DNA of 60,820 bases, filler included, from Dirinaria sp. TL-2023a (GCA_051941275.1; 9 parts of 9 records of this genome joined end to end with filler, not necessarily neighbours in it), one strand, 5' to 3'. Counted from the whole stretch's first letter, positions 1-13,467 are shown. The notes: a model not told the origin generated them from the letters alone. Program-made: numbers and translations.

Positions 1-560
1 CTTGATAGGAGGTTGGTTGCTAGCTTTTTCTTGGCATGGGCCCCCTGAAACGGATATCAGCGCTCTGTTCTGCATCATCATTGTCATCACGGTACTTGAT
101 ATGAAAAGAGAAGTTGAATGATCATTAGCATGCAACCAGGCAGGAAAGTTGATTGCTACAACAATTTGAGGCGTCTGATTGCGACGAAGCTCATCGGCAC
201 AAGTAGTAGCCAAAAATGATCGAAGAACAACCGAACCAGCTGATAGTGGAGGACCGAGCGAGGTGTTTTTGGTACGAAAGATACCATCATTCACGGATAA
301 TAAAGTAATAGGATAAGGCTTAGGCGAATAGATGATGATATCTTGGATTTGTTGGTTGTAAGGCAGTTGTGAGCTGCAGGAATGGGCCGTGAAGGTATCT
401 TCATTGGTTTTGAAGTGCGGTCAGCTCGGATACCCACAGGCGGCATATCATAGAGCAGTATTGGATTTGGCGTAGCTTAATTTAGCAACCAAGGTGGTCA
501 TGGTCCAGCATGGCGGCAGATGGAAAGATGAGAAGAAGCGGCGAATATGTTAAGAGAGGT

Positions 561-1152
561 TCACCGCTCAATTCCCACGCTTCTACCACCGCCCGTCATT
601 ACCCCCGTCCCCACATGCCCCCAGCTTCCGTCATAAATCTCATACTCCATCTCATAATACCCATACAAACTAATGAAAAACGCCACGGCTCTCAACGCAC
701 TTATCACTATGCCATACGTCAATCTTTGCGTCGGCGGCGCAAAATCAGCCATTTGTATGATGACCTCGCCATATGACTGCAGATAGGTGTGCATCGGCAA
801 GAAGCCATCTTGCCCGTTTCTCACAACTGTGGCGAAGACGTCGGCGAGGGCTTCGATGATGCAGAGGTCGGTTTCGCTTTTGAAGAGGAGGACCTTAAAG
901 GCGGTGAAGTCGACGCTAGTGGCGGTGCCGGGAACGCTGAGGCGGATCTCGTTGGTCGGAGGAAGCCTCAGCGGACGAGCTGTCAGCATTGCTCTGGGAG
1001 CGCAGTGAGGCCAAGCAAGAGAGACGATACCGGGCAAGGGTGCTGTTGCTGAGAGGGTTGCTGAGGGTCGTGTTGCTCGCAGGTTTGGATCCGGTTGCGA
1101 ACATGAAGTACTGGCAAACGCCCAAGAGGCGTACCACCAGATATAGCTTCAT
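561..1152 (-). CDS. Small secreted protein of a family apparently expanded in lichen fungi (2 exons)
   Basis: Signal-peptide-like exon MKLYLVVRLLGVCQYFMFATG; GTATCG donor at 1030. Two candidate acceptors both restore the 561..1037 frame, which ends in LTYGIVISALRAV...YEIYDGSWGHVGTG, a motif shared with 31535..32242. Confidence 0.65.
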
Positions 1153-4100
1153 TGTGCTTCGTCCGGTCGAAGTGTGTTGACCGGTTCTCGACCACAGTCA
1201 ATGAAGCCAACAAATCGGAGGTCCACGTTCATGGATCGCCATGAGATCAAGAGCTCGTTCCTCGTGCTGCCGGTTAGAAGATAGGTTTCATACACCTTGT
1301 CAAAGCTATGCTCAAGTGTGATCGATCACGAACACTAAACTTCCTCGCCGTACTTCGTATTTGCGATATCCGATTTTTGCGATGAGTGGCTATGCTCCCA
1401 CTCGCTCAACATTTATAGGCCAGACCGCAGGCTCCTAGGCCGCCTATCTTCAAGAGAAACCGATAGGGAAACGCTGCTATCATTACTGACCCCGGAACCC
1501 CACCGCAAGGATTGATTCCCTTCAAGACCTCGGTAAGAATGGTGGATTTCCCGAGAGACCCTCGAGGATGTGTAAAACCAACTTATACCCCAGACATCGG
1601 AAGACAGCAGACCATTTAACAATGACCACATTGAAATGTGAACATGCAAGGCATATCTACGTCTATCCTAGAATTGCTCGACAATGGAGTTTCAGGACCT
1701 GGATTTCCATGACCAGTACAGACAACTTCACCCTTGAAGCTCGAACTTCCAATTTGAAATTAACCGAAGAAGTCCATGAAAAGCAGCCGTCAGACTGAAG
1801 CGAATGCTAGCATAAGGTCATTCAAGGAGTTTACTAAAGAAAGAAAGAACCGAGGGAATCTTGTAATCTATTGCAAGCGAGATCTTTCGCTGACAACGCC
1901 AAGACTCAAGGGACCGAGACGGAGACGGAGACGGAAGCGTCAGACCAAATAATAGTTTGGAGTGTGCATATGTGTTGCGAAACCTTGGCATCCAAAGTTC
2001 TTTCTCTCCACTACAAGCGCCTTTATCACTACTTACTGTCGTCTATCAATGTGTTTCTCAATTCGATGCTTCAGGATTAAAATTACGAAAGTCATCTTTT
2101 TCTAGCGTCTTTTAACATTCGACGCTTTGTCGATTTGACAGTGGCATTTTCTGGACCGCACATGTAGTCGGAGAGAATTTCGAGATGCCAAGGTTTCGCA
2201 ACACTTGCACACACCAAATAACCCAGGGGTCTGAAGCTATACGCTCCACGGTCGTGACTACTGTACCAGTTCTGCGCTTGAAAAGACACGATGCATCAGC
2301 ATTCCAAAAATAATAGGGGCTTTGATGAAAATTTATCATTAATTATGAGGTCACGTTTCAGATGAGTTTGAATTTTGGATCTCTCAAGCGTTGTTGAAAA
2401 GCGACAATGACATCAAATCAATTCGTCTATTGCTTCGAGTCCTTCCGCTTGGAAACAAGTTGCAGAAACTCAACTGCAATGAAGCTGCAATCTCGCTACT
2501 GTGGCCACTGCCGAGCTCGTGGTAGAATGGAACAGAGGCCCTCAATGTCACCACAGCAGCTGGGACCGCTTTACGGATGGTTTTGAAAACATGCGACTGG
2601 ATTTGGCACGATCGCTTAAAGACGCGCCCACATCAAAATCACACATCTCCTATGATAATCATCATCTCATCTCTATAGTAATCCCCCTGATGTTTGAAAC
2701 CGCCTGGACGAATCTATTCGATCTGGACGGCTCAAGTGTTATGCAGTATTAGATCCAACGGTACGGTGACAATATCTGGCCCCCAAACGAACAGAAACTG
2801 GGGTTGAGAAGTAATCAAACCATCTAAGGCTTTATGAGCGCAGGCAGTAGACCTTCGATTCTTTCAAGGTCTCTTTCTTTGGTCGTAGCTTGCGAGGCTG
2901 TACTCGTACTTCAGCATCGACTGATCCCATAAGCGAGAGAAAACCGGCTTGTATTTCTTTATCTGCAGCACGATTCTATGAGTGGAACGATAAGCAATCC
3001 AACAGATCGGCTAGGGCCTGGGCGTAGCTACGAGTACAAGAAATCTGGAAGTTCCCACCAGCACCAAGTGTGATTGTGTTGGGATGAGGGACTAGAATCG
3101 AAGATCTCATCTCTATCCTACCTTAGTCGCCTCAACTCAAACAGGCGCAGAGTGTGAGAGCTCGGTCTTACTTCTGAAGAATGTGCAACTTTGGCAGCGC
3201 TCTGCATTTAATGCCAAGCAATGCAAGAACGGTATCGTTTATCCAGATTTTTCCAGGCACTTACCTTGCTACCAAGGACTTCAAATACAGATTCGTGCTC
3301 AGGGTTGCCCATTGAGACGCCCTATCCTGAAAGGACCCTCAAGCCCAAAAAATATCACACCATGGCTCAGCAACCATCGATTCTATTAGACAGTTGCGCC
3401 TACAATATAAGGTCCTGGCGTTACGGTTAGGGAACGATCTATTTAGAGTGGCTCGAGAACTGCCTCAATGGGTTCTCAAGCTATTATCCAAGAAATCAAT
3501 CGTCTACTGATCCAGGCTTGTCCCAACAATCTGGGAGGCTAAACCGCTGTCACCTGAAAACTCTTGCAACTTTAACCTGTCAAAATGACCTTGTTGGGCA
3601 TCTGATAGACATGATATTACGCTGCAACTACATATTATCTCAGCACAGATACTGGCCGTCGTGGTTGAGTAAGCCACATCAAAGGTTACGGCGCCGCTGT
3701 GAATACTTGAAATAGGGGGTCTAATCTTTCAGTGGGTTGGCGGGAGATGTGCGGCTTTTTCGTACTTGTACATGGGTGGCTCGCCCTCCGGTACTCGCTA
3801 CCACTGAACCATAATGCAAGCCTCATCGTAGGTTGGCTCCACGGCTTTGTCCGATCGGGTCTCTTTGAGCGGTTTCCAAAACGTGTCATTCCTTTGTCTT
3901 CTTCCGATAAGGTTTTGGAGGCTTTCGTATTGTATCATTGTTACTCCCTCAAGACAGGATGCCCAAGAGCGAATTTTCGCTTTCTCTCCTCTTTTGGTAA
4001 CCCGATTATGGCCTTGTCACTTGTTCTCCGGAATACAAAGGCGAGCTGGGGATTAAAAGAAAAGTTTTCAATGACTCCTCCAATCATCTATATGCAATAG

Positions 4101-4429
4101 AACTGTCTAGCTGCCGCGGTATGATTCGGTCAAAAGGAGATGCTCAAGCAAAGAAATTCCTTTGACGGAACAAGTCACTCACTTCGATGGCCGAATGCTC
4201 CCAATTATTGCTTAACATCCCCTGCATGAGATCGCTTGGAGACCCAACCTTTGTCTTCATAATACTTTCTTTCCCACGCATGATTACTTGTTTATAAGCA
4301 CCTCGTTCTCGAAAGAGGACACTTATACTATATCATAAATGGCCTATCAGCATTATTTTCTACCTCTCCAATTTTATATATAGCGTTGCTATACTAATAA
4401 TCATCTCTTAATTTTCAGCAAATTGCATC

Positions 4430-5911
4430 ATGACTCACGACGTAGATGAAGCGCACGTCAACATACAGAAGTCTCAGAGCGACAATGATAGTCCCGATTC
4501 TAATAGTAATAATAAAAATAGCAAATTGGCTTCCAAGGACGGCACACCTGAGACAGTCAAATCCTCGATCAGCGAGTCGCCTGATGGAGGGTCTGCTGTG
4601 AATGGGAAAGAGAGCGGCGGTTATAGTAGCAGTGCTACAAGCTCGGAACGAGAACCCGATATCTTGAGCTTCACAGCTCCACTTCCTCCGCCGGCCGATC
4701 TGAAGATCTGGAGGATTCCTATCGATGGACAACGTCATCCCTTCCTCTCGTCCTTCTTACAAAAGCGAAGGTATACCGACATCCCCTTTGGCACCGCGCA
4801 TAGATTGCTCAACTACATCATGCACCTCATAGAGGAGGCGATTTTTGATTTCTGTATGCTGCACACACTAGGTCAGATGACCGTCGAGGGCCCGGCATGG
4901 CGTACGAAACGGCGGACGTGTGCCGATGAGGTTGAAGTTCAATGGTGGGTACGCCACCTCCAGCGCCACTACTGTGAATTCTCTCGCGTTCTGGCTAGAG
5001 TAGATTTTATTCCTGATGTCGACGACTTGAGATTGTATGCCGTCCACCGCTGGGTATGGAGTACTTATCGGATTGAGGATGCCGTGGGCGTTCTGGCCCT
5101 AGTAAAGGACGAGAGGCGAATGAGTGCGCTTGAAAAGGTCCTAGAAACCATTTATCACACGTATCGGCAGCCGAGAGGGCGCACTATCACCGACGCTGAA
5201 AAGCGCATTGCTGATGTAGCACTAGGCATTATACCCACGGACCCAACGACGGTTCACCAGCTGCTTTGTCGGGTACAGGAGCTTCTGGAAAACGCCTGCT
5301 GGAAATTCTGGCAAGAGCACAATCCACAGCGACTGACCCAGCTTGAGTGGCACCGCACCGAATCGGGTAGTTACGGGACATTGCCCCCAGGGACCGATCC
5401 ACACGGTTGGGACTGCCCTGAAAGAGTCGAGCTGCAACTTTGGCATGACAGATCTGATCTTGATTGGTCCAGATTCGAGCAATTTCCTCCAAGAACTGAA
5501 CACTACGATCCCGAGCTTACCGACCACGTCTATCTAAGAGTACTACTCCGGAACGCTGTCCATCTACGCAACTGCGCAGCCCACAGAAGCTATGACGACA
5601 GCGGCCGTCCTCCGCTTGAAGAGATCCTTGACAAAGCCTGCGACTTGGCTTTTGCGCTCCGTGACGAAGCGGCTGCGAAAGAGATCGAGACCCTTCAAGG
5701 AAAAGCTTTCCTAGAGCCCATCTTTAAAGATCAGAGTTCGAATTACAAGCGGAGGCTGAAGTCCTGGAAGGAGGCCGACGCCGAAGCACTCGCCGATTGG
5801 AAGCAACATACGATGCAGTCAGGTGCGGAGGGAAAGAGTCCTGAAGCCGGCAACAATCCGGCTCCAGATACAGAAAGCGTTACTTCATCAACAAAGGACA
5901 CTACGAGATAA
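4430..5911 (+). CDS. Hypothetical 493-aa intronless protein with two tandem HEPN-like (Rx4H) repeats
   Basis: Long ORF with a low-complexity Ser/Asn N-terminus and an internal duplication (HRLL..LIEEAIFDF..C.DEVEVQWW..LRLYAVHR versus HQLL..LLENACWKF..C.ERVELQLW..LRNCAAHR). Confidence 0.8.
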   Translation: MTHDVDEAHVNIQKSQSDNDSPDSNSNNKNSKLASKDGTPETVKSSISESPDGGSAVNGKESGGYSSSATSSEREPDILSFTAPLPPPADLKIWRIPIDGQRHPFLSSFLQKRRYTDIPFGTAHRLLNYIMHLIEEAIFDFCMLHTLGQMTVEGPAWRTKRRTCADEVEVQWWVRHLQRHYCEFSRVLARVDFIPDVDDLRLYAVHRWVWSTYRIEDAVGVLALVKDERRMSALEKVLETIYHTYRQPRGRTITDAEKRIADVALGIIPTDPTTVHQLLCRVQELLENACWKFWQEHNPQRLTQLEWHRTESGSYGTLPPGTDPHGWDCPERVELQLWHDRSDLDWSRFEQFPPRTEHYDPELTDHVYLRVLLRNAVHLRNCAAHRSYDDSGRPPLEEILDKACDLAFALRDEAAAKEIETLQGKAFLEPIFKDQSSNYKRRLKSWKEADAEALADWKQHTMQSGAEGKSPEAGNNPAPDTESVTSSTKDTTR

Positions 5912-6591
5912 GCGTCAGTCACAAGTATTAGCATGAGAAGGGAAAAGAATTGCAGGAGCCGGCGCTGGAAGCATCTCATCAATGCTTTTTCATCTCAACT
6001 AACTTAATGATGTAACCAGACACAACAAATATATTTTTAAATCGCTTGACCATAGAACCTAAGGTAAGTAAGGTTATGTATCTTAACCCTAACACGCACA
6101 GATCAGCAATAAACTCCATGTAAGGTATCGAACTTTTCATCCCATCCCATCCCATCTTCCGTTATGCTCCCTCTCCACCTTTGGTAAACCTACTTGTTTG
6201 CGCACCGAAAACTCTCGTTTCATAACTCCCCTGCGCGGTTTAGAAACCTCAGGCTCGAGGCACCCGTCTCTTCTCTCACAGAGATGAAAACTTCTAATTC
6301 ATTTCAGTGGTCAGAGATTTGTTTTGTTTTCGTCCAAGGACTTTTTAAACGATTTCGAGAAGCGGATCTTTGTGGGGCTGGTTTTTTAAGTGGGAAGAAG
6401 AGGGGAAAAGAACAAGGGAAATTTTAAGAATAACAGACTTTGCTCTCCGCTGAAATTTTTACACTTTTAAGAGCCGCAAGAGAAGGGGGAAGGAAGGGGG
6501 CGCGCAATGATGAAGAAATAACAGATGATTAAAAAAAATGTTTGGCGAAATCTGGATTTTGAGAAAGCCAAGCTTGAAGCTTTGCATGAGC

Positions 6592-6593
<2 letters not shown>

Positions 6594-6630
<37 letters not shown>

Positions 6631-6660
6631 ATGTCCAAATTTTTTTTTTTTTTTTTTTTT
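6594..6660 (+). repeat. (CT)n microsatellite followed by poly-T at contig end
   Basis: Read directly: about 17 CT units, then a T run of about 21 nt. Confidence 0.9.
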
Positions 6661-6686
6661 GGTATGTGTGTGAGAGTTGGGAGAGC

Positions 6687-6786
6687 NNNNNNNNNNNNNN
6701 NNNNNNNNNNNNNNNNNNNNNNNNNNNNNNTTAATTAATTAANNNNNNNNNNNNNNNNNNNNNNNNNNNNNNNNNNNNNNNNNNNN
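6687..6786. other. Artificial contig linker
   Basis: N44-TTAATTAATTAA-N44, giving stops in all six frames; identical at 8 positions. Confidence 0.98.
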
Positions 6787-6946
6787 GGAAAGAGGGGGGA
6801 GGGTAGGAAGGAGGAAATAATATAAAACGTGTATCACAGAGTACACAGACCCAGAGCTACAACAGAAGAAGAAGAAGCTCCTCCATACGCGAGGGAAAAA
6901 AAAAAACCCAAAAAAAAAAAAGAATAAAAATCAGACGAAAACTCAC

Positions 6947-7117
6947 CCAAGCAGCTCGCAACATCCATTTGCACTGCGTGCAGAATGTGATGTCTATCCT
7001 TGGAAGTGGAGGGAACTCTACTACTGCTGGAACTGGAACTTCGTGCGTTGCTGTTGTTGTTGATGGTGATACAGATGGATTGTTGTTGTTGTTAGGATTG
7101 GGATTGGATTCGGACAT
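6947..7117 (-). CDS. Rdx (SelT/SelW/SelH) family protein, first exon only; truncated by contig end
   Basis: PRIDITFCTQCKWMLRAAW carries the Rdx CxxC signature; GTGAGT donor at 6946. Confidence 0.85.
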
Positions 7118-9095
7118 TTTGCGCAGTAAGATAGGGATCTTTCGAAAAAGGGCGATTTGATGTTTTCTATTGGTGGTGGGGTTAAGGAGGTTAAGGTAAG
7201 GTATGTGAAGTTTACTCTACCTTACATTGCTTTTGAAATATCGATTCACGCGGATCACGTCATAGGTTTTGTTGCGTTGCTTTAAGGTAAGTCAAGGTGA
7301 TGCCACTTATTGCCCTGACATTTTATTTTTCGCTGGGTGCTTTATGTACAAAGGATGCTAGCTACGGGGTAACGGTAACCAACAACAATGCTATTAGACG
7401 TAGATGCCCTAGCTTTTCCGCCATCGCCGTGGTTCGCCATAGCATTATCAGCTTTTGTGCCGTCCAGATCGAGGGAGAAAAAAAGAAAGCAGAACACAAG
7501 GGGGGGATTCAAAAGCAACAGAGGGTGCATCCGCCAGGCACATATCGAAGGGGAAGCCTGTTATTATTATTGGGATGCATCGTCAAGCCTCCCTTCGCAA
7601 ATAGACCACCATCTTGAGACCTTCAGATTAAACATCTTCCTTTGATTTTCTTCACACTTTGCAAAGTATCGTGGTACGATCAACATTGTCCTGCGCCCAC
7701 ATGACGGAAGACGAGATTGATGGTATACATTGTTGGAAGGTGTTGTGATAGACTTGAAAGGTGTAATGTCGATGTTTTGCGAACGGGAGACGGAGAACGC
7801 GTGAGGGTGATAAGCTCCTTGAGGTCGGACGAGGTATGGTATCGAAGAGCACTGTAACGGAAAGAATGTGGAAAACCCGCGTGCGCCGTGCCAAATTCGA
7901 GGAAGATTGAAATTTACATGATCACGCAGCAGCTATTGCTCTGCTGCGGTGCGTACGGGTCTTCTCTGCGGTCGACCTGGAGGGAAAAAAAAAGCGCAAT
8001 AATTAGCGAGCTATATTCCGAAGCGCATTGACAAAAAAACCAGAACGCGTTATCTGCAATCCAGGGTAGAAGTAGAATCGCGAAACTTACTGATCCCCAC
8101 ATTGATGGTACCATGAAGTCCTTTGTGTTTGTGCAGTATTGTATGAGTCTGCAGGGCATGGGTTTTTTAAGATTAGCACCCACCCACCCAGCCTCGCAGC
8201 GACCGCGGTGACCTGCGGTCGCAGGGGACGGGTGGCACTTACGACATGGAGGCTTCTGAAACCCTGATACGAGGCCGCTCCAGGTCCTCTTTCAGTCGCG
8301 TATTGAGCTCGTTCAATCGACGGAGCTTCAGGTCGGCCATGCTCTGTTTCTTCGACTTCCCGGCATCTGCCGCTCGTATTTCGTAGGCTGCAGGCATGGT
8401 ATCGCAACTGCAGTTTCGGGGGGGAGAGGGACCAATGCAACTTCGTGTACGGCGGCGATCAGGTCTGCTGTCTCTCTATATTCACTGCGAGGTTGGTTTC
8501 CTGGTGTGTTGAACTCCTGCTGTGGTTGACGACGCGAGCGATCCTCCTGTTGGAGCTGGAGATTTGCAGGTACTTTTAGTTCCAGGCCCAAGATGAAAGA
8601 AGTTTAGGGTTGGGACGAGTCCGGGTATGCGAGTAAAAAAGCGTTCACCGTAATCTCAGGGTAGTGTTTGCGGGTGTTTCAGTCTACAGAAGGCCGACAG
8701 CACGGGGTGAAGAGTGAAGGCGATGAAGTGTAGAGTCGGAATCGGGCCAAATGGAACATTGGCACCAAAAAAGTCGATATGGGATGTTTGATCGATTATT
8801 CAACATCCGTCCGTCTGGGTCGTTCCTGCTCTCCGCTTTCTGTGGGATTGAAGGCGCTTAATCCCGGAATGGCTAGCCTGCCAAGCACTCCGGCGCGCTA
8901 AGTCACACAATCCATTCGGGCGGATTTTCTGTTCCCGCTTGACTCTTTCTTTGGCAAAGTGAAAACCAGGTTCAGGAGTACGTCAGATCGACGCTCTCTC
9001 TCTCTTCTCTCTCTCTCTTCTCCCTCTCCAGACACCATCATCATTTACATCGCTGTCGGTGACTTGACCAACGACTCTTGTCACCGTGGCCCAGC

Positions 9096-12000
9096 ATGCC
9101 TCCACCACCTCACACCCGACCTGAGAATGTGCTCAAAGTGAGTATCCTGCCTCCCTTCTCGGAATAGCCACGGGGGCCAAATCTTCAAAAAGGATTGCAA
9201 GACTGACATGTTATAACCCTGTAGCGAGCGCAAGAACTTATTGCAGTTGAGCAGTCGCCAGCTGCTCTCAACATTTTACACGAACATGTCACATCTAAGA
9301 GATCGAGAAATAGCCCCATTACCTCACTTGAGCCGGTGATGCTCCTTTTCGTCGAGCTGTGCGTCGACCTGAAAAAAGGAAAACTCGCCAAGGATGGACT
9401 CTATCAGTACAAAAACACAGCACAGAATACGAATGTTGGCACGATCGAGGTAAGTCGTCCAGAAGCCTCTCAAAGTAGGCCGGTGTCGCTGACGGGCTCT
9501 CTTTCATGCGTAGCTTGTTCTCAAGAAATTCATCGAGCTGGCAGATGCGAAAGTCACCGAGGCCCAAGCCAAAGCTGACCAAGTTCAATCGAATCTCGAC
9601 CCTTCAGCCACTGGTGCGAACGTCGAAGATCTCGAAGCAATCGAGACCCCCGAATCAATCCTCCTCTCTACAGTCTCAGGCGAGCAGTCCAAAGACCGAA
9701 CAGACAGAGTCATCGTAACACCATGGCTGAAGTTCTTATGGGAGACCTACCGAACAGTGCTCGAGATACTGAAGAACAACTCCCGGTTGGAAGTAATGTA
9801 TCAGTCGACTGCATTGCAAGCATTCCAGTTCTGCCAGAAGTACGTTCGGAAGACGGAATTTCGAAGGCTCTGCGAGCTATTGCGCAACCACGTCCAGAAC
9901 GCTGCCAAGTATCAGTCGCAAATGCATGCTATCAACCTCAGCGATCCTGACACTCTGCAACGCCATCTCGATACGCGTTTCCAGCAGCTCAATGTGGCTG
10001 TAGAGCTTGAGCTATGGCAAGAGGCCTTCCGTAGCGTCGAAGACATTCATACGCTTCTCAGCCTTAGCAAGCGGCCTGCTAAGAACGTCATGATGGCCAA
10101 CTATTATGAGAAGCTGACCCAGATCTTCCGTGTCAGCGAAAATTACCTCTTCCACGCAGCGGCATGGAGCCGATACTACAACTTGTTGCGCCAATCTGCC
10201 AGTCTTGTCGCCTCTGGACAAACCTCGAAGAAGGAGATGCCAGCAGCTTCGGAAGCAGACTTGAACAAGGCGGCATCATTCGTACTGCTCTCGGCATTGT
10301 CTATCCCAGTCATCAGCACCTCGCGGTCCCGAGGAGGTTTAATCGACGTGGATGAACTCCGTAAGAGCAAGAACAATCGCCTGACCAACCTCCTTGGTAT
10401 GTCTTCGGCGCCAACCCGGGCTGTTCTGTTCAAGGATGCGATGAGCAAGGGCCTACTCAAGCGCGCAAAGCCAGAGATTCGAGAACTTTATCAAATCCTC
10501 GAAGTCGAATTCCACCCTCTCTCGATCTGTAAGCGAATATCTCCCATCTTGACTCAGCTCGGCTCCGACCCTGAGATGGAGAAATATGTCGCGCCGCTTC
10601 AACAGGTCATCCTCACGAGACTATTCCAACAATTATCGCAAGTCTACGAGTCTGTCGAGCTCAAATTCGTTCACGAACTGGCGCAATTCCCGGATCCATA
10701 CCAGATAGACTCTGGCACCATTGAGAAGTTCATCATGAACGGCTGTAAGAAAGGCGATCTGGCGATACGGATCGATCACGCTAGTGGTGTCATCACTTTC
10801 GACACGGATGTCTTTTCGTCCGCCAAGTCATTGCATGTAGGCAGTGGAGCGGGATCCGCGGAGAATGAAACAACCTCCGTTCAGCGATTGCAACGTACAC
10901 CTGCCGATATAGTGCGCTCTTCGCTCACTCGCCTTGCCAAGGCGCTCTACGTGACTTGCCAATATGTCGACCCTCAATTAAACGAAGCTCGCGACCAGGC
11001 CAAAGCAGAAGCCCTTGCCCGTGCAGCTCAAGGCGCCGAACAGGAGCACCAAGAGACGCTAGCAAGGCGAGCCATCATTGAGAAGAAGAAAGAGCTTGCT
11101 TCGGACGCTTTACAAAAGAAGCAGAAGGAAGAGGAAACCCGCAAGCGAATTCTGAATCAACAGCGGCAAGAAGCCGAGACTTTACGCTTACAAGAAGAGC
11201 ATAAAGAGCGCGAGCGAAGGCGTCTGAAGGACGAACAGGACCGAATCCGCCGTGAGAACAACGAGAATGAGATCAAGGATCTCGTGGCCAAAGGCATCAA
11301 ACTTGGCGATGTGGACTTGAATGACCTTGACAGTAACCGCATTCGATTGATCCGTATCTCACAGCTTGAAAAAGAGAAGAACGATCTTAATAAGAACCTG
11401 AAGGTGACCAGCAAGCGTATTGACCACTTGGAGCGTGCATTCCGAAAGGAAGAGGTCAAGCTTCTTCCAAAAGACTACGAGGCTCAGCGTAAACGAGACT
11501 TCGACGCTTATGAGAAAAAGAAAGCCGAGACCTTAAAAGAGTCAGAGCGCAGGCACAAGGAAGATGTTGCCCTGAAACATCGTCTGAGCCGCTTATTGCC
11601 CCAGTACGAGACTTTCACGAAGGACTTGCGTGAGCGGCGTAAGGATGAATTCGAGAAACGAAGAAAGCAAGCGGAGAGGGAATACAACCAAGCGGTGGAA
11701 AAGCGAAAGCGCGAATTACGCGAGAGGAAAGCGCGGGAACAAGCCGAACGTGAAGCAGCAGAGAGACGTGCGAGGGAAGAGGAAGAGCGGATTGAGAGGG
11801 AAGCGGCAGAGAAGGCCGCCGCCGAAGAAGAGAGGAAGCGTCAACTGGCCGAAGCCAAGGCCAAGCGTGATGCAGAGCGAAAGTGAGTCTCTTGAATCAG
11901 CACATCGCCAGTGATATTTTCTAATACCGTGTCATCAGGGAACTCGATGAGAAGGCCGCCATCCAGCGCAAACGGGAAGAAGAAGCTGAAGCCAAACTTG

Positions 12001-12584
12001 CCGCGAAGAAGGCTGGCGCCCGAATTCCAGAGCGTACTGCTCCTCCTCCTCTGGCCGCTCGTACAGATTCCAACGAACGACCATCCGGCCCTCCACGTCT
12101 CGCTCTCGCCGGTAACAAGCCCACATGGCGGGAGCGCGAGGAAAAACGCCTTGCATCAGGAGGCGGCTCTCAAGCCCCACCTGCCGCTGCCGCTGCTGCT
12201 GCTCCTCCTTCGGACATTGCAACCACGGAAGCCCAGCTGCCGAGGAAGACGGGCTACGTCCCCCCCGCGTTGCGCGGGGACACGGGCGGTGCCACTCGCG
12301 GCAGACCCAGCGCCGATACATCATCCACCCCTCGTGACGACGGTGCTGACACCGGTGCCAAATGGCGTCCCAGTGTCCAACGCAATGGCTCTGGAAGGGA
12401 CGGCTCTCCCGCGGACGGGCTTGTTGCGCCCCGCAATATGTCGGCTCTGCGACGAGATGGAGCTGGATCGGCGGATCAGAGCCCGGCCAACGGACCGGCG
12501 AGGACCGATAGCCCTGTCGATGGAGCACCCGCCAAGCCGGCGCCTGGCAAGTATGTTCCTGTCCACCTCAGGAACCGGGGCTAG
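9096..12584 (+). CDS. TIF32: Eukaryotic translation initiation factor 3 subunit A (4 exons)
   Basis: [22 protein letters not shown]...; canonical introns at 9138-9224, 9450-9513 and 11883-11938; PCI region, long charged helix, C-terminal GKYVPVHLR. Confidence 0.96.
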
Positions 12585-13132
12585 GTACTCGTACACCTAC
12601 TTTACATGTACCTAGCCGGTGCTACTGTCGAGACGGATGTAAGTCATCATCATCGTTGTTGAAGAAGCGATGGAAGGTTTGCTTAGAAGGGGCTTGGAGG
12701 AGTACTCGTATAGGAGACTGGACTGAAAATTGTAACACAAAGCTTTTGTTATTTTTTTTTTTTTTTTGTTCTTCTTCCGCTTCTTCTAAACTGGACGAGA
12801 GCATGGAGCATGTTTTACCAATTTCTTGCAGCATGAACCAACCAACCGATCAATCGATCTTTTGCACACACACTTTCGCTACTTTTTGAAGAACAGGAAA
12901 CCTACATTGTATTTTATATTACTGCGCGCGACAGAACAGAAGAAAGCATTAAGGTATTCCCTTTTGCACAATGTATGCAGGGTGGGTAATTCGATTCGAG
13001 ATTTGTGAACGTGTGTTTAGTATTTGATGGGGGGTATACCTACTCGTACTCTAAACCAGGTCCTGTCATGCCATGCCGTGAAAACCCTTTGACGAGCTAA
13101 CCAGCTCCCCCATTTCCTTATCCAATCCTACT

Positions 13133-13467
13133 CTAAACAGCCCCAACCTCCCCGACTCCGACGCCGGGACCCCACAACCTCTCCCTCCACCCTCGACACA
13201 CATCCTCAAACCCGCCCACCACCTCGCCGCAGATCCTCCTCCCCTCGCGCTCCCTTAACCTGCGTTCCCACCCGCCGCGCTCGACCCACGCGCGCCCTTC
13301 CTCGGCCGCGTCCTGCTCCCGGCGCAGCTCCGCCAGTAAGGTCTTGGTGCTCTGCAGCCGGCGCGCGGCGAGCGACGAGGTTTGCCGCGCCATGTGCAGG
13401 TTGTCGGACAGCGTGGACAGGGTGGATAGCAGGTCTGTGGTTGAGGAGGCGAGGGCGTGGAGCAGGG
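13133..13467 (-). CDS. 3' part of a hypothetical fungal coiled-coil protein (5' end lost at contig edge)
   Basis: GC-rich frame open from the contig edge: ...DLLSTLSTLSDNLHMARQTSSLAARRL...ICGEVVGGFEDVCRGWRERL. Confidence 0.7.

Noticed and set aside
6731..6742. Regularly spaced TTAATTAATTAA palindrome as a biological repeat or array
   Set aside because: It is always centred in exactly 44+44 Ns, so it is an assembly linker with stops in six frames.
6947..7117. Selenoprotein (Sec-containing Rdx)
   Set aside because: The motif is CTQC with ordinary Cys codons and no in-frame TGA.
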